A stretch of DNA of 64,000 bases from Spirochaetia bacterium. GTDB taxonomy: Bacteria; Spirochaetota; Spirochaetia; SZUA-6; Bin103. Of this stretch, positions 22,437 through 34,450 are shown one piece after another. The notes below the pieces were generated by a model, which was not told the DNA's origin, ran no database searches, and was given only the letters and a program-made list of their open reading frames with translations. The stretch covers positions 3,872,001 through 3,936,000 of the forward strand of contig OZ241863.1 in NCBI GenBank assembly GCA_965203055.1. The letters are read 5' to 3'. The translations under genes and the position numbers were made by a program. Each line of letters opens with the position of its first letter. Position 1 is the stretch's first letter.

Positions 22437-23525
22437 TCAGTCCAGCCGCCAGGCCACGCCGTACTTGGCGGCGGCGGTTCTGAACCAGTCGATCACCTCC
22501 GGATGGTAGGGAATGCCATGGGCGCGCCGGTCGGCCTCGGTGCGGGCTTCGGGATAGCCGGAGTAGAGCACCGGACCGGCGCCGGGAACGGCGGGACACT
22601 CCAGCAGATCGGTGAGGTACTGATCCAGATCGGCCATGAACTCCTGCGGCTCCGAGAAGCAGGCAATGTCGTACGCCAGGAAGTGATGCACCGAGCCGGC
22701 CCGCCGCCGGGGACCCGCGCCGGAGGCGCACAGCACGCTGGTGATGATCTCGCCGATCACCGACAGCGCGTAGCCCTTCTGCGAGCCGCCCTCGCGCGTC
22801 GAGCCGAGGGGCAACATCAGGTACTTCTCCGGTATCGGCGCTTCGTCCATGATCGGATTGCCGTGCTGGTCGGTGATCCACCCGGGCAGCACCGTCTGCC
22901 CCAGCCGCTTCGCCAGGGTGAGCTTGTTGCCGGCCACCACGCTCGGAGAGGCATCGTACACGAAGGGCGGATTGCGCTGCGCCGGCGCCGCGAACGCCAT
23001 CGCGTTGAGCCCGAGCAGCGGCCTGGTGCCGTAGGTCGGCACCATCGCCACCCCGCCGGTGGTGGTGGCCTGCCCCAGCATGCGGTGCGGCAGCGCCATC
23101 TGGGCGTAGTAGGAACAGGGGCCGAGATGGCGGCAGTTCATGACCGAAACCGAGCCGATGCCGAACTCGGCGGCGCGTCTGATCGCCTCGTTCATCGCCG
23201 CCGGCGAGACCACCATGCCGTGGCCGCCGTCGCCGTCGATCACGCAGGTCGCCTTGTGATCGCGCGCCAAGCGCCAGCTCGGCGCGGGATTGATGGCGCC
23301 GCCGTCGAGCCCCTGGAGGTAGGAACGGAGCATGTTGCTGACGCCGTGGGTGTCGATGCCGCGCAGGTCGGCGTACAGCAGCACGTCGGCCGTCTGGCGG
23401 GCGTCAGCCTCCGGCATGCCGGCCGCCTGCAGCAGCCGCTCGGTGGTCCAGCGCACGTCCTCGGCCGCGACCCGGACCGCGATCTCGTTGGGAACCTGGA
23501 ACTTCTTCAGCACCTCGGCCGGCAT
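22437..23525 (-). CDS. Ldh_2 family (malate/L-lactate/sulfolactate-type) oxidoreductase
   Basis: [31 protein letters not shown]; start uncertain. Confidence 0.88.
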   Translation of the reverse strand: MPAEVLKKFQVPNEIAVRVAAEDVRWTTERLLQAAGMPEADARQTADVLLYADLRGIDTHGVSNMLRSYLQGLDGGAINPAPSWRLARDHKATCVIDGDGGHGMVVSPAAMNEAIRRAAEFGIGSVSVMNCRHLGPCSYYAQMALPHRMLGQATTTGGVAMVPTYGTRPLLGLNAMAFAAPAQRNPPFVYDASPSVVAGNKLTLAKRLGQTVLPGWITDQHGNPIMDEAPIPEKYLMLPLGSTREGGSQKGYALSVIGEIITSVLCASGAGPRRRAGSVHHFLAYDIACFSEPQEFMADLDQYLTDLLECPAVPGAGPVLYSGYPEARTEADRRAHGIPYHPEVIDWFRTAAAKYGVAWRLD

Positions 23526-23706
23526 CGTAGCACATGGAGCAGCGACCGTGCCGGCGGTCAACTGCAGGCCGCGGCAGGCCGCGCCGGCCGACCTGCGCCG
23601 ATCCGATTCGCGCGGGCGGTTCGGGCGGTTGAGCAGCGGCGGACGGGCGGCTACACTCCGGGCCAGCGTGGCGCGCCGGACGGCGGGCGCCAACGGGAGG
23701 ACGCGC

Positions 23707-24948
23707 GTGGGCCAATCCATTACCATGACCGGCGCGGGGCTGCAGGTCCCCGACCGACCCCTCATCCCCTTCATCGAAGGAGACGGCACCGGGCCCGATA
23801 TCTGGGCCGCGGCGGTGCGCGTGTTCGACGCCGCGGTAGCGCAGGCCTACGGCGCCCGGCGCAGCGTGGAGTGGATGGAGGTGCTGGCCGGCCAAAAGGC
23901 GTTCGACCGCACCGGGAGCTGGCTGCCGGAGGCCACCGAAACGGCGTTCCGCGACCATCTGGTGGGCATCAAGGGGCCGCTCACCACGCCGGTAGGCGGC
24001 GGCATCCGCAGTCTCAACGTGGCCCTGCGCCAGCGCCTCGATCTGTACGTATGCCTGCGCCCGGTAAAGTACTACCCCGGGGTCCCGTCGCCGGTGCGGG
24101 CGCCGGAGCGGGTCGACATGGTGGTGTTCCGGGAGAACACCGAAGACGTCTACGCCGGCTTCGAGGCCGCGGCCGGCAGCGCCGAGGCGCGCAAGCTGCT
24201 GGATTTCCTGCGCGAGGAACTGGGCTGGTCGCTGCGCGCCGATTCCGGCATCGGCATCAAGCCGATCAGTCGGACCGGCACCGAGCGCCTGGTACGGGCG
24301 GCAGTCGAGTACGCCATCGCCAACGGCCGCCGCAGCGTGACCCTGGTCCACAAGGGCAACATCCAGAAGTTCACCGAGGGCGCCTTCCGCGAATGGGGCT
24401 ACCAGACGGCGGCCGAGCATTACCCGGAGCAGACGGTAGCCTGGGAGGCGGTGGACGGCGAGGTCCCGCCGGGGAAGATCGTGATCAAGGACACCATCGC
24501 CGACATCTTCCTGCAGCAGGTGCTGACCCGGCCGGCGGAGTTCGACGTGGTGGCCACGATGAACCTGAACGGCGATTACATCTCCGACGCGCTGGCCGCG
24601 CAGGTGGGCGGCATCGGCATCGCTCCCGGCGCCAACGTCAACTATCGGAGCGGCCACGCCATCTTCGAGGCGACCCACGGCACCGCGCCCAAGTACGCCG
24701 GCAAGAACGTGATCAACCCGTCGTCGGTGATCCTGTCCGGGGTGATGCTGTTCGAGTACCTCGGCTGGACCGAGGCGGCGCGGCTGATCGACCGGGCCCT
24801 GACGCGCACCATCGGCGAGCGCTGCGTTACCTACGACTTTGCCCGGCTCATGGAGGGCGCGACCCAGGTTACCACCAGCGCGTTCGCCGACCGCATCATC
24901 GCCCACTTGCGCGCGCAGCCGGCCGCCGCCGGCGCGCGGGCCGGTTAG
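23707..24948 (+). CDS. icd: NADP-dependent isocitrate dehydrogenase
   Basis: [57 protein letters not shown]. Confidence 0.96.
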   Translation: MGQSITMTGAGLQVPDRPLIPFIEGDGTGPDIWAAAVRVFDAAVAQAYGARRSVEWMEVLAGQKAFDRTGSWLPEATETAFRDHLVGIKGPLTTPVGGGIRSLNVALRQRLDLYVCLRPVKYYPGVPSPVRAPERVDMVVFRENTEDVYAGFEAAAGSAEARKLLDFLREELGWSLRADSGIGIKPISRTGTERLVRAAVEYAIANGRRSVTLVHKGNIQKFTEGAFREWGYQTAAEHYPEQTVAWEAVDGEVPPGKIVIKDTIADIFLQQVLTRPAEFDVVATMNLNGDYISDALAAQVGGIGIAPGANVNYRSGHAIFEATHGTAPKYAGKNVINPSSVILSGVMLFEYLGWTEAARLIDRALTRTIGERCVTYDFARLMEGATQVTTSAFADRIIAHLRAQPAAAGARAG

Positions 24949-25010
24949 GGCGGCCGCGCCGCACCGGCCCGGCGATCACGCTCCAACCCGTTTCCCGCGA
25001 GGACTCGATA

Positions 25011-27203
25011 TTGTCAATCTACGGCGTCAGCGGCCCGCACCGGCGCACCGGGGCCGCCTCTACAGTAAAGCCCGCCGCCGGGCGGGAGGGCCGCGCGCGG
25101 CGCGCCCGCAGCCGGCCGCCCGCAGCCCGCCGCCGCTGGCGGTGGCAGTGGCGATGGTGGGCGCTGCTCCTGGCGTGCGGCGCGGCCGCGCCGCTGCCGG
25201 CGCGCGACGCGGCGAGCGAGATTGCGGCCGGCTTCGAGCAGGTGGTGGCGGCCGGCGAATACCGCTACGCCCGCAGCCGCCGCGCCGGGGTGTTCCTGTC
25301 CCTGGACGGAGGGCGCACCTGGCAGCCGCGCAGCGCCGGCCTCCCGCACCGGGTAGTGCACCCGTTCCCGCAGCCGCCGGAGTACCGCTACATCACCTCC
25401 CTCGGCGTCGATCCGAGCGATCCGTTGCGGGTGGCGGCCACCACCGCGCGCAGCCTGCACCTGAGCGAGGACGGCGGCGCGTCATGGCAGGCGATACCGG
25501 TCAGGGAACCGGTGCGCGGCGTCGCCTACTTCACCAGCGTGGCGCCGTCGCCGCATCAGCCCGACGCCCTGCTGCTCGGCACCTCGTTCAACGGTCTCTA
25601 CGAAACCACCGACCGGGGCGCGACCTGGCACTACCTCCCGGCGGCGAGCCGGGCTCTGATCCAGGACACGCGCTACCTCGAAGAGGCCGCGGCGCTCAGC
25701 TACGACCCCGGCGCCGCGGACGCGGTCGCGATGCTGGCCGGCTTCGACGGCGGCGTGTACTACCATCCTGATCGGCGCGCCCCCACCGAAGGGGCGGGCG
25801 CCGGCGGCTGGCAGCGCTACCCGGTGCCGGCCGCGGCCACCACCCACCTGAGCTTCGTGCGGCGCGGCGCGGCGTGGGCCCTGGAGGCCGACGCCGGCCG
25901 GTCCCGCTGGCGGCTCACCGAGGCCGGTGCCTGGGTTCCGGTGGCGCGCGCCACGCCCGCGTCGGCGAGCCCGCGGCCGCGGCAGAGCGCGCCGCCGGGC
26001 GCGGCGCGGGCGGCGGGCATACCGATGGCGCCGCCTCCGGCCGCCGTCCGGCCGCTGCCGGAACCGGAACCGGCGCGCGCCGCCGCGGAGCTCCACCCGC
26101 GGGCGCGGGCGGCGCAGCGCAACGGCATCTACCTGAGCGCCGGCAGCGCCGCGGCGCGGCTGCCGGAATTCCTGGAGTTTCTCCGGCACCACGGCCTCAA
26201 CTCGTTCGTGGTCGACCTGAAGGACGACAGCGGCTATCTCACCTACGATTCGGCCGTACCGCTGGCGCATGAGATGGGCGCCGTCCGCGCCTCGATCGAG
26301 CTGGACGAACTGGTCGCGCAGGCGCACGCCGCCGGCATCTACGTGATCGCCCGGCTGGTGGTGTTCAAGGATTCGTTCCTCTACCGCTGGCAGGATCATC
26401 GCCTGGCGATATGGGACCGGGAGCAGGACGCTCCCTGGCGCAATCTCATCCCCGTCGCCGGCGGCGGGGATGCCGGCAGCGCGGAAGCCGGCGCCGGGGA
26501 GGCGGCGGACGCTTCGGAGGCGGACGCCGGGGAGACGGGCGCCGGGACGGCGCGCTTCGAACAGCGTGAGTTCTGGGTGGACCCGTTCGCCGCCGAGGCC
26601 TGGGAGTACAACGTCGCGGTGGCCGCGGAGCTGGCCGCGCGCGGCGTGGACGAGATTCAGTTCGACTACATTCGCTTCCCATCGGACGGCCCGGTGGAGC
26701 GCGCCGGCTACCGCCACCGCCGGCCCGGGATGACCCGGATCGACGCGATCGAGTCGTTCCTGGCGCTGGCCCGGGAACAGGTCCGGGTGCCGATCAGCAC
26801 CGACCTGTTCGGGTTCAATTCCTGGTACCGGAGCGGCAACTGGATCGGTCAGAACATCGACGTGCTCTCCGAGTACGTGGACGTAATCAGCCCGATGTAC
26901 TACCCCTCCCACTTTCCGGACCACTTCCTGAGCGACCGCAGCTACCTGGATCGCGCCTACGTCATCTACGAGCGGGGGGTGCGCCGGGCGCGCCGCCTGG
27001 CGCGCGGGCGGAGCTTCATCCGCCCCTACGTGCAAGCCTTCCTCATCGGCGGCGAGCTGAACATGGACGAGGAGGAGTACGGCCGCTACCTGACGCTCCA
27101 GCTCGAGGGCACCCGCACCGCCGGCGCGGCCGGCTTCACCCTGTGGAACGCTTCGAACCGGTACTATATGGTCACCGAGCCGTTGCGGCCCTACCTGAGG
27201 TAA
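25011..27203 (+). CDS. Secreted putative glycoside hydrolase (DUF4015-like TIM barrel) with N-terminal BNR/Asp-box propeller-like region
   Basis: SLDGGRTW, SEDGGASW, TTDRGATW Asp-boxes; VVDLKDDSG, IARLVVFKD, DEIQFDYIRFP, ISPMYYPSHF; start uncertain (TTG 25011). Confidence 0.78.
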   Translation: MSIYGVSGPHRRTGAASTVKPAAGREGRARRARSRPPAARRRWRWQWRWWALLLACGAAAPLPARDAASEIAAGFEQVVAAGEYRYARSRRAGVFLSLDGGRTWQPRSAGLPHRVVHPFPQPPEYRYITSLGVDPSDPLRVAATTARSLHLSEDGGASWQAIPVREPVRGVAYFTSVAPSPHQPDALLLGTSFNGLYETTDRGATWHYLPAASRALIQDTRYLEEAAALSYDPGAADAVAMLAGFDGGVYYHPDRRAPTEGAGAGGWQRYPVPAAATTHLSFVRRGAAWALEADAGRSRWRLTEAGAWVPVARATPASASPRPRQSAPPGAARAAGIPMAPPPAAVRPLPEPEPARAAAELHPRARAAQRNGIYLSAGSAAARLPEFLEFLRHHGLNSFVVDLKDDSGYLTYDSAVPLAHEMGAVRASIELDELVAQAHAAGIYVIARLVVFKDSFLYRWQDHRLAIWDREQDAPWRNLIPVAGGGDAGSAEAGAGEAADASEADAGETGAGTARFEQREFWVDPFAAEAWEYNVAVAAELAARGVDEIQFDYIRFPSDGPVERAGYRHRRPGMTRIDAIESFLALAREQVRVPISTDLFGFNSWYRSGNWIGQNIDVLSEYVDVISPMYYPSHFPDHFLSDRSYLDRAYVIYERGVRRARRLARGRSFIRPYVQAFLIGGELNMDEEEYGRYLTLQLEGTRTAGAAGFTLWNASNRYYMVTEPLRPYLR

Positions 27204-27223
27204 CCGAGGAGAGGAGATTTGGG

Positions 27224-27682
27224 ATGAGAGTGCGCATGGTTCCGGCGCCGGCGCGCGCCGCGGCGCTCCTGCTCGGCGCCGCGCTGCTGGCGAGCTGCGT
27301 CACCGAAGTGCCCGAGGTGGCCGCGGACCTTACCCCCGCGGAGTACTTCCAGCGGGCCCAGGAAGCGACGGCGCGGCAGGCGTACCAGCTCGCCCTGCGC
27401 TGGTACGCCGCGTTCCGCCAGCGGTACGCCGACGATCCGTCGGCGGAGCAGACCGCGCGCCTGCTCTGGGCCGAGTACGAAACCGCGTTCCTCTACCACA
27501 AGATGGACGACGACGAGACCGCGCTGCGCCTGCTGCGCCAACTGGTGCGCCGCTACGAACTGCCGGCCGCAGCCGATTACCCGCCCGGCCCCCGCATCCT
27601 GGCGCAGCGCGTCATTCGCGAGCTCGACCCGGCCGCCGCCGACGCGGGCGCGGAGGCGGCCCCCGAAGCGCAGCTCCCCTAG
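27224..27682 (+). CDS. Small TPR-like lipoprotein
   Basis: strong SD, lipobox LLASC, EYFQRAQEA and WAEYETAFLYHK helices. Confidence 0.75.
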   Translation: MRVRMVPAPARAAALLLGAALLASCVTEVPEVAADLTPAEYFQRAQEATARQAYQLALRWYAAFRQRYADDPSAEQTARLLWAEYETAFLYHKMDDDETALRLLRQLVRRYELPAAADYPPGPRILAQRVIRELDPAAADAGAEAAPEAQLP

Positions 27683-27745
27683 CCTGGCCGCCCGGACCTG
27701 AGCGCGCGCAAAAGCGGCGGCGACGAGGCGCCGTTGAATGAAGGC

Positions 27746-28780
27746 ATGCGACCTCAATCATATCGGACCGCCCGCAACGGGCGCCTCGTCGCCATGGCCA
27801 TCGCCGCCTGGGGCTGCCTGGGCTGCGAGCCTATCGGCCACGCGCTGGTGGAGGATGTCGATCTCCTGCCGCCGGTGTTCAATGGGATCACGGTTACCTC
27901 CGCCACCAGCCTCATCGCGCGCTTCGACGAACCGGTCACCATGGCGCAGGATTCGGTGTCGATCGACCCCGGACCGGCGGTGACCGGAATCCGCGGCGGC
28001 AAGGAGGTGGAGCTCACCCTGGCCGCGCCGCTGGTGGCCGGCAAGCGCTACACCCTGCGCGCCAAGGCCAGCGACCAGCGCGGCAACAGCACCACCTTCG
28101 TGGCGCAGCTCTGGGGCTACAACCCGCGCCCGCCGGAGCTGGTGATCAACGAATTCACCACCCAGGGTTCCAAGAAGCGGCCGGACGCCATCGAACTCTA
28201 CGTTACCCGCGGCGGCAATCTTGGCGGGGTGGCCGTGTATGACGGCGCCAACGACAACTATCGCGACCGCGTGGTGCTGCCCGGGGTGGAAGTGGCCGCC
28301 GGCGATTACCTCGTCATTCACGCCACCGCCAACGGGCTCGGCGAGGACGAGGACACCGGCCCCGACCAGTCGGACCACGAGTTGGCACTGGCCGGGGTGT
28401 GGGACTTCTGGATGGAGGAGGGCACCGGCCTCTCCGGGAGGAACGGGGTGCTCACCGTGCACGCCGCGCCGGACGGCGCGTTGCTCGACGGCGTGCTCTA
28501 CAGCAATCGAACCTCGGACTCGGACAGCCGCTACCGCGGGTTCGGCAGCAAGGCGACCATGCTGCGCGCCGACCGCCTGGCGGAGCTGGGAGGCTGGAAG
28601 TTCTCCGGGGAGCGAATCGCGCCGGAAGACGCGATCAGTTCAGCGGCCACTACCTCCACCCGCTCGCTGAACCGCGACGGCAACGCCACCGATACCGACA
28701 GCGCCGCCGACTGGCACACGGTGCCAACCCGCGGGTCGAGCTTCGGCGCGCCCAACAGCGAGGAGGTGCACGGCGGGTAG
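27746..28780 (+). CDS. Lipoprotein with Ig-like and lamin-tail-like domains
   Basis: CLGC lipobox-like, ARFDEPV Ig-like strand, LVINEF..DAIELY lamin-tail motif. Confidence 0.65.
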   Translation: MRPQSYRTARNGRLVAMAIAAWGCLGCEPIGHALVEDVDLLPPVFNGITVTSATSLIARFDEPVTMAQDSVSIDPGPAVTGIRGGKEVELTLAAPLVAGKRYTLRAKASDQRGNSTTFVAQLWGYNPRPPELVINEFTTQGSKKRPDAIELYVTRGGNLGGVAVYDGANDNYRDRVVLPGVEVAAGDYLVIHATANGLGEDEDTGPDQSDHELALAGVWDFWMEEGTGLSGRNGVLTVHAAPDGALLDGVLYSNRTSDSDSRYRGFGSKATMLRADRLAELGGWKFSGERIAPEDAISSAATTSTRSLNRDGNATDTDSAADWHTVPTRGSSFGAPNSEEVHGG

Positions 28781-28786
28781 CGCGCG

Positions 28787-28814
28787 CGCCGGCGCCGCGG
28801 CAGCGGCGCCGGCG
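28787..28814. terminator. Perfect 12-bp GC hairpin between convergent genes
   Basis: cgccggcgccgc-ggca-gcggcgccggcg; no U tract. Confidence 0.4.
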
Positions 28815-28854
28815 GTGCGGCCGGCGCCCGTCCGCTGCGGGCCTGCTACGCCTG

Positions 28855-29178
28855 CTACACGTGGGCCTTGAACATCCCCTCGATGGTCTCGCGCGGCACG
28901 GCGCCCACCTGCTGGCCGACCACGTCGCCGTCCTTGAACAGCAGCAGGGTGGGGATGCTGACGATGTTGTACTGCTGCGCAATCGCGCCGTTATCGTCGA
29001 CGTTGACCTTGGCGACCTTCAACTTGCCGGCGTAGTCCTGCGAGATCTGCTCCAGGACCGGGGCGATCATCTTGCACGGCATGCACCATTCGGCCCAGAA
29101 GTCGACCACTACGGGGGTCTCCGACTGGATTACCTCGGCGGTGAAGTTGTCTTGCGTGATTGTCACTTCGGCTGACAT
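28855..29178 (-). CDS. trxA: Thioredoxin
   Basis: VDFWAEWCMPCK, SIPTL; AAGGAG SD. Confidence 0.95.
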   Translation of the reverse strand: MSAEVTITQDNFTAEVIQSETPVVVDFWAEWCMPCKMIAPVLEQISQDYAGKLKVAKVNVDDNGAIAQQYNIVSIPTLLLFKDGDVVGQQVGAVPRETIEGMFKAHV

Positions 29179-29256
29179 TTGCGGCTCTCCTTGGGGAAGT
29201 AGTAGCGGGATGCACCGGCGCCAATATACTGATTGGAGCGCGCTGCTAGGAAGTGT

Positions 29257-30002
29257 TCAGGAAGCCAGCAGGGCCGCCGCGGCCTCGGCCATCAGGCGGC
29301 GCGGCGCGGCGTTCGGATTGCGGCGCAGCAGTTGCACGAACCAGGTGCCGACCACCACGTAGGCCACGTGCGGGCCCAGCGCCTCCACCTGGGCGCGGTC
29401 GCGAATGCCGAAGCCGGCCAGCGGTTGGCCGCCGAGCGCGCGAATGGCGCCCAGGAAGGCGAGATTGTCCGCCCCGATTGCGGTGTAGCTGCCGGTGATG
29501 CCCTTGCGCAGCGCCGCGTACACCCAGTCGCTGTTGCGCGCGCGGCCTACCACCATGCGCAGCCGCTCCGGCGTCGTGGTGGGCACCACCACGGGAATCA
29601 CGGCGATGCCGGCGTCGGCGCCGGCCGCGTACAGCCCCTCGTCGTAGTCGGGCGGCAGGTCGGGCGCGATGATCGCGTTGGCGCCGGCTTCCCGGCAGGA
29701 GCGCACGAAGTCGGCCACGCCGTTCTGGAAGATCAGGTTGGCGTAGCTCATCACCGCGATCGGGACCTCGCTGCCGGCGCGCAGGGCGGCGACCAGCTCG
29801 AACCCGCGCCGGAGCGTGAAGCCGGCCTGCAGCGCGGCGTCGCACGCCGCCTGGATGTGCGGCCCGTCGGCGGTGGGATCGCTGAACGGGAACTGCACCT
29901 CCAGGAACGCCGCGCCGCCCTCCACCAGCCCCCGGCCCGCTTCCAGGGACGCCTGCCAGTCGGGGAACGAAGCCACCAGGTGAGCCATGACGCGCGGCGC
30001 GC

Positions 30003-30006
<4 letters not shown>
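29257..30006 (-). CDS. trpA: Tryptophan synthase alpha chain
   Basis: LEVQFPFSDPTADGPHIQ, AGFGI. Confidence 0.93.
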
Positions 30007-31240
<1,234 letters not shown>

Positions 31241-31244
<4 letters not shown>

Positions 31245-32713
31245 CCTGCAGTGCTCCGTGCCGTGCCGGCTGCCGCCGGCAGCCGGCGGAAGAAGGCGCG
31301 CAGCTTGCCCGCGTCCTTGCGTCCCGGGGCCGCCTCCAGGCCGCTGGAAGCGTCGATCAGCTCCGGCCGATGCGCGCCGACCACCGCGGCCACGTTGTCG
31401 GGACCAATGCCCCCGGCCAGCCACAACGGGCGCGGCGGCGGCTCGGCCGCGGCGCGGCGCGCCAGCACGGCGCCATCGACGCGGCGCCCGCTGCCGCCGC
31501 GCAGCGCGGGGGCGAAGGCGTCCAGCAACACCCGCGGGCAGCGGTAGCGGCGCTCCGGCGCGAGGTCCGCGGGCGCGCCGACGCGCAGCGCCTTGTAGTA
31601 GGGAAATGCCAGTTGGTAGCACTCCTCCGGCTGCTCGTCGCCATGCAACTGCACCGCGTCGAGCAGCCCGGCGCGCAGCAGCGGCCGCGCCTCGCCGGTA
31701 TCGTTCACCACCACCCCGACCTTGGTTACCGCCAGATCGGCCAGTTCGGCCAGCAGCTCCGGCGCGGCGCGGCGCGGCGACGGCGCCAGGATGAACCCCA
31801 GCAGGTCGGCGCCCAGCTCCACCGCGGTCTCGGCGTCGGTGCGGTTGGTAATGCCGCACACCTTTACCAGCGGGCGCCCGCGGCGCGCGCTGCGGGCCGC
31901 GAACACCCGTTCCCAGAACGGGCGCCGCCCGCCGGCTGGCGGCGCCGCGCCCAGCGCCTGGCGCAGCTCCGCCGCCAACTGCGGGCGCCGCATCACCGCC
32001 TCCCCCACCAGCACGCCGTCGAAGCCGGCCGCGCGCGCGAACGCGGCGTCTTCGGCGCATTCGATGCCCGATTCGTACAGCAGGGTGGTGGGCCAGTCCA
32101 CCGCCGGGCGCAACCGCGCCGGCAGCGTCGAGTCCACCGCGAAGGTGGTCAGGTCGCGGCTGTTGATGCCGGTCAACCGCGGGCGCACCGCGCGCGCCTT
32201 GGCCAGGTCCGCGGCGTCGTGCACCTCCACCAGCGGGGTCATGCCCAGGGCGAGGGCGCGCCGGTGCAGCGCGTCCAGCTCCGGCGCGGAAAGGCAGGCG
32301 GCGAGCAGCAGCACGGCATCGGCGCCGGCGCGCAGGGAGACCTCCAGGTCGCGTTCATCCAGCAGGAAGTCCTTGCGCAGCACGCTGAGCTGCGGGCAGG
32401 CCGCCTTGACCGCGCTCAGGTCGGCCAGCGCGCCGCCGAAGTGGTCCGGCTCGGTGAGCACCGAGACGGCGCGCACCCCCGCGGCGGCATAGCGGCGCGC
32501 CTGGCTCACCGCATCCAGCCCGGGGGCGATCGCCCCGCGCGACGGCGAGCGGCGCTTGATCTCGCATACCAGCAGCGCCCCGGGCGCCGCTCCCGGCGCG
32601 AGCAACGGCACCAGCGGCTGCTCCCGCCGCGCCGGCAGCGGCTCGCCCAACGCCGCGCCTTCCGCCGCTACCCGGCGCCGGCGGCCGGCCACGATCTCCT
32701 CCAGGTAGGCCAT
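31241..32713 (-). CDS. trpCF: Fused indole-3-glycerol-phosphate synthase / phosphoribosylanthranilate isomerase
   Basis: EIKRRSPSRG, LRKDF; then VKVCGIT, VQLHGDE, LAGGIGPDNV. Confidence 0.93.
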
Positions 32714-32728
32714 CGGGTCAGCGCCCCC

Positions 32729-34426
32729 TCATCCGCCGGCGCCGGCGGGACGGCCGGGCGCGGCCGCGGCCGGCGCCCCCTCCGCTCCCGGCGCGCCCCT
32801 CGCGGCCGGCGCCGGCGGCGGCTCATCGAGCACGGCGCGGATGGCGGCCAGCACCTGCTCCAGCTTGGCCGCGGCGGCGCCGCCGGCCAGCGCCTCGCGG
32901 GCGCGCCGATACCCTTCCGCGATGTGGGGCGCGGCGCCGCACACGTAGAGCGCCGCGCCGGCGTTCAGCGCTACCGCGTCGCGCAACGCCGGGCGCCCGC
33001 CGCCGGCCAGCAGCTCGCGCGCCAGCGCCGCGTTGCCGGCCGCGCCGGCGCCCTTCAGCTCCTCCAGCGCGGCGACGGAAATACCGCACGCCGCGGGGTC
33101 GAACAGGTATTCGTGACACTGGTCATCTTCCCCGATCTCCACCACGTGGGTAATGCCGGTCACCGAAATCTCGTCCTGGCCGTCGGCGCCGTGCACCACC
33201 AGCACGCGCCGCACGCCGAGCATGCGCGCCGCGCGCGCCAGCGGCTCGCACAGCGCCCGGTCGTACACCCCGATGAGCTGGAACTCCGCCCCCGCCGGGT
33301 TGACCAGCGGCCCGACCAGATTCAGCACCGTCTTGATGCCCAGCTCGGCGCGCACCGCGGCGGCGTGGCGCATGGCGCCGTGGTAGGCGGGCGCGAACAG
33401 GAAGGCGAACCCGGTCCGCGCCAGCACCGCCGCGGCCTGCGGCGGCGTCAACCCCGGGTCCACGCCGAGGGCGGCGAAGAAGTCGGCGCTGCCGGTAGGG
33501 GAGCTGACCCCGCGGTTGCCGTGCTTGGCCACCGGCACCCCGCAGCTCGCCGCCACCAGCGCCGCCAGCGACGAGATGTTGAAGGTCGCCAGGCCGTCGC
33601 CGCCGGTGCCGCAGGTGTCCACCACGAAGCCGCCGGCCCGCTCCAGGCGCTGCTTCTTGCGCGCCAGCACCGAGGCGCAGCCGGCGATCTCCTGCGCCGC
33701 GTGGCCCTTCATGCTGAGCGCCACCAGCATGGCGGCGAGCTGGCTGGCCGGCAGCCGTCCTTCGGTCACTTCGTCCATCAGCTCGGCCGCGGACTCCACG
33801 CTCAGCGCGGCGCCGTTCATGACCTGTTCCAGGAGCGGGCGGAAGGCGAACGGCTCGCGCCGGTAGTCGAGGAAGTTGGCCAGGACGCGCCGCCCCGCCT
33901 CGGAGGCGATCGACTCGGGATGGAACTGCACCCCTTCCACGATCCAGGTGCGATGGCGGATGCCCATCACCTCGCCGTCCGGCGCCGCGGCGGTGACCTC
34001 GAACTCCGCCGGCAGGGTGTCGCGCTGCACCGCCAGCGAGTGGTAGCGGGTGAACTCCGCGGGGGAGGGAATGCCGCGGAACAGGCCGCGCCCGTCGAGG
34101 CTGATCCGATCGGTCTTGCCGTGCACGATGCGGCCCGCGCCGACGATGCCGGCGCCGAACGCCTGTCCGATCACCTGCTGGCCCAGGCACACCCCCAGCA
34201 GCGGCACGCGGCCGGCGAAGTGACGCACCACCTGCAGCGAGATGCCGGCATCCTCCGGGCGCCCCGGCCCCGGCGAAATCACGATCCCCTGCGGCTGCAA
34301 CTGCTCCAGCCGGTCCAGCGTGACGCGGTCGTTGCGGAACACCCGCACCGGGGCGTCGGTGAGCTCCGACAGGTACTGGAACAGGTTGTAGGTAAACGAA
34401 TCGTAGTTGTCGATGATGACGTACAT
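32729..34426 (-). CDS. trpGD: Fused anthranilate synthase component II / anthranilate phosphoribosyltransferase
   Basis: [21 protein letters not shown]; then [15 protein letters not shown]. Confidence 0.94.
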   Translation of the reverse strand: MYVIIDNYDSFTYNLFQYLSELTDAPVRVFRNDRVTLDRLEQLQPQGIVISPGPGRPEDAGISLQVVRHFAGRVPLLGVCLGQQVIGQAFGAGIVGAGRIVHGKTDRISLDGRGLFRGIPSPAEFTRYHSLAVQRDTLPAEFEVTAAAPDGEVMGIRHRTWIVEGVQFHPESIASEAGRRVLANFLDYRREPFAFRPLLEQVMNGAALSVESAAELMDEVTEGRLPASQLAAMLVALSMKGHAAQEIAGCASVLARKKQRLERAGGFVVDTCGTGGDGLATFNISSLAALVAASCGVPVAKHGNRGVSSPTGSADFFAALGVDPGLTPPQAAAVLARTGFAFLFAPAYHGAMRHAAAVRAELGIKTVLNLVGPLVNPAGAEFQLIGVYDRALCEPLARAARMLGVRRVLVVHGADGQDEISVTGITHVVEIGEDDQCHEYLFDPAACGISVAALEELKGAGAAGNAALARELLAGGGRPALRDAVALNAGAALYVCGAAPHIAEGYRRAREALAGGAAAAKLEQVLAAIRAVLDEPPPAPAARGAPGAEGAPAAAAPGRPAGAGG

Positions 34427-34450
34427 GAACCGCGGCCTCCTGCCGTACCG

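Noticed and set aside
22260..25010. N-terminal ~900 aa of the 1647-aa ORF
   Set aside because: Overlaps the Ldh_2 gene (antisense) and icd (other frame); only the part from ~25011 looks coding.
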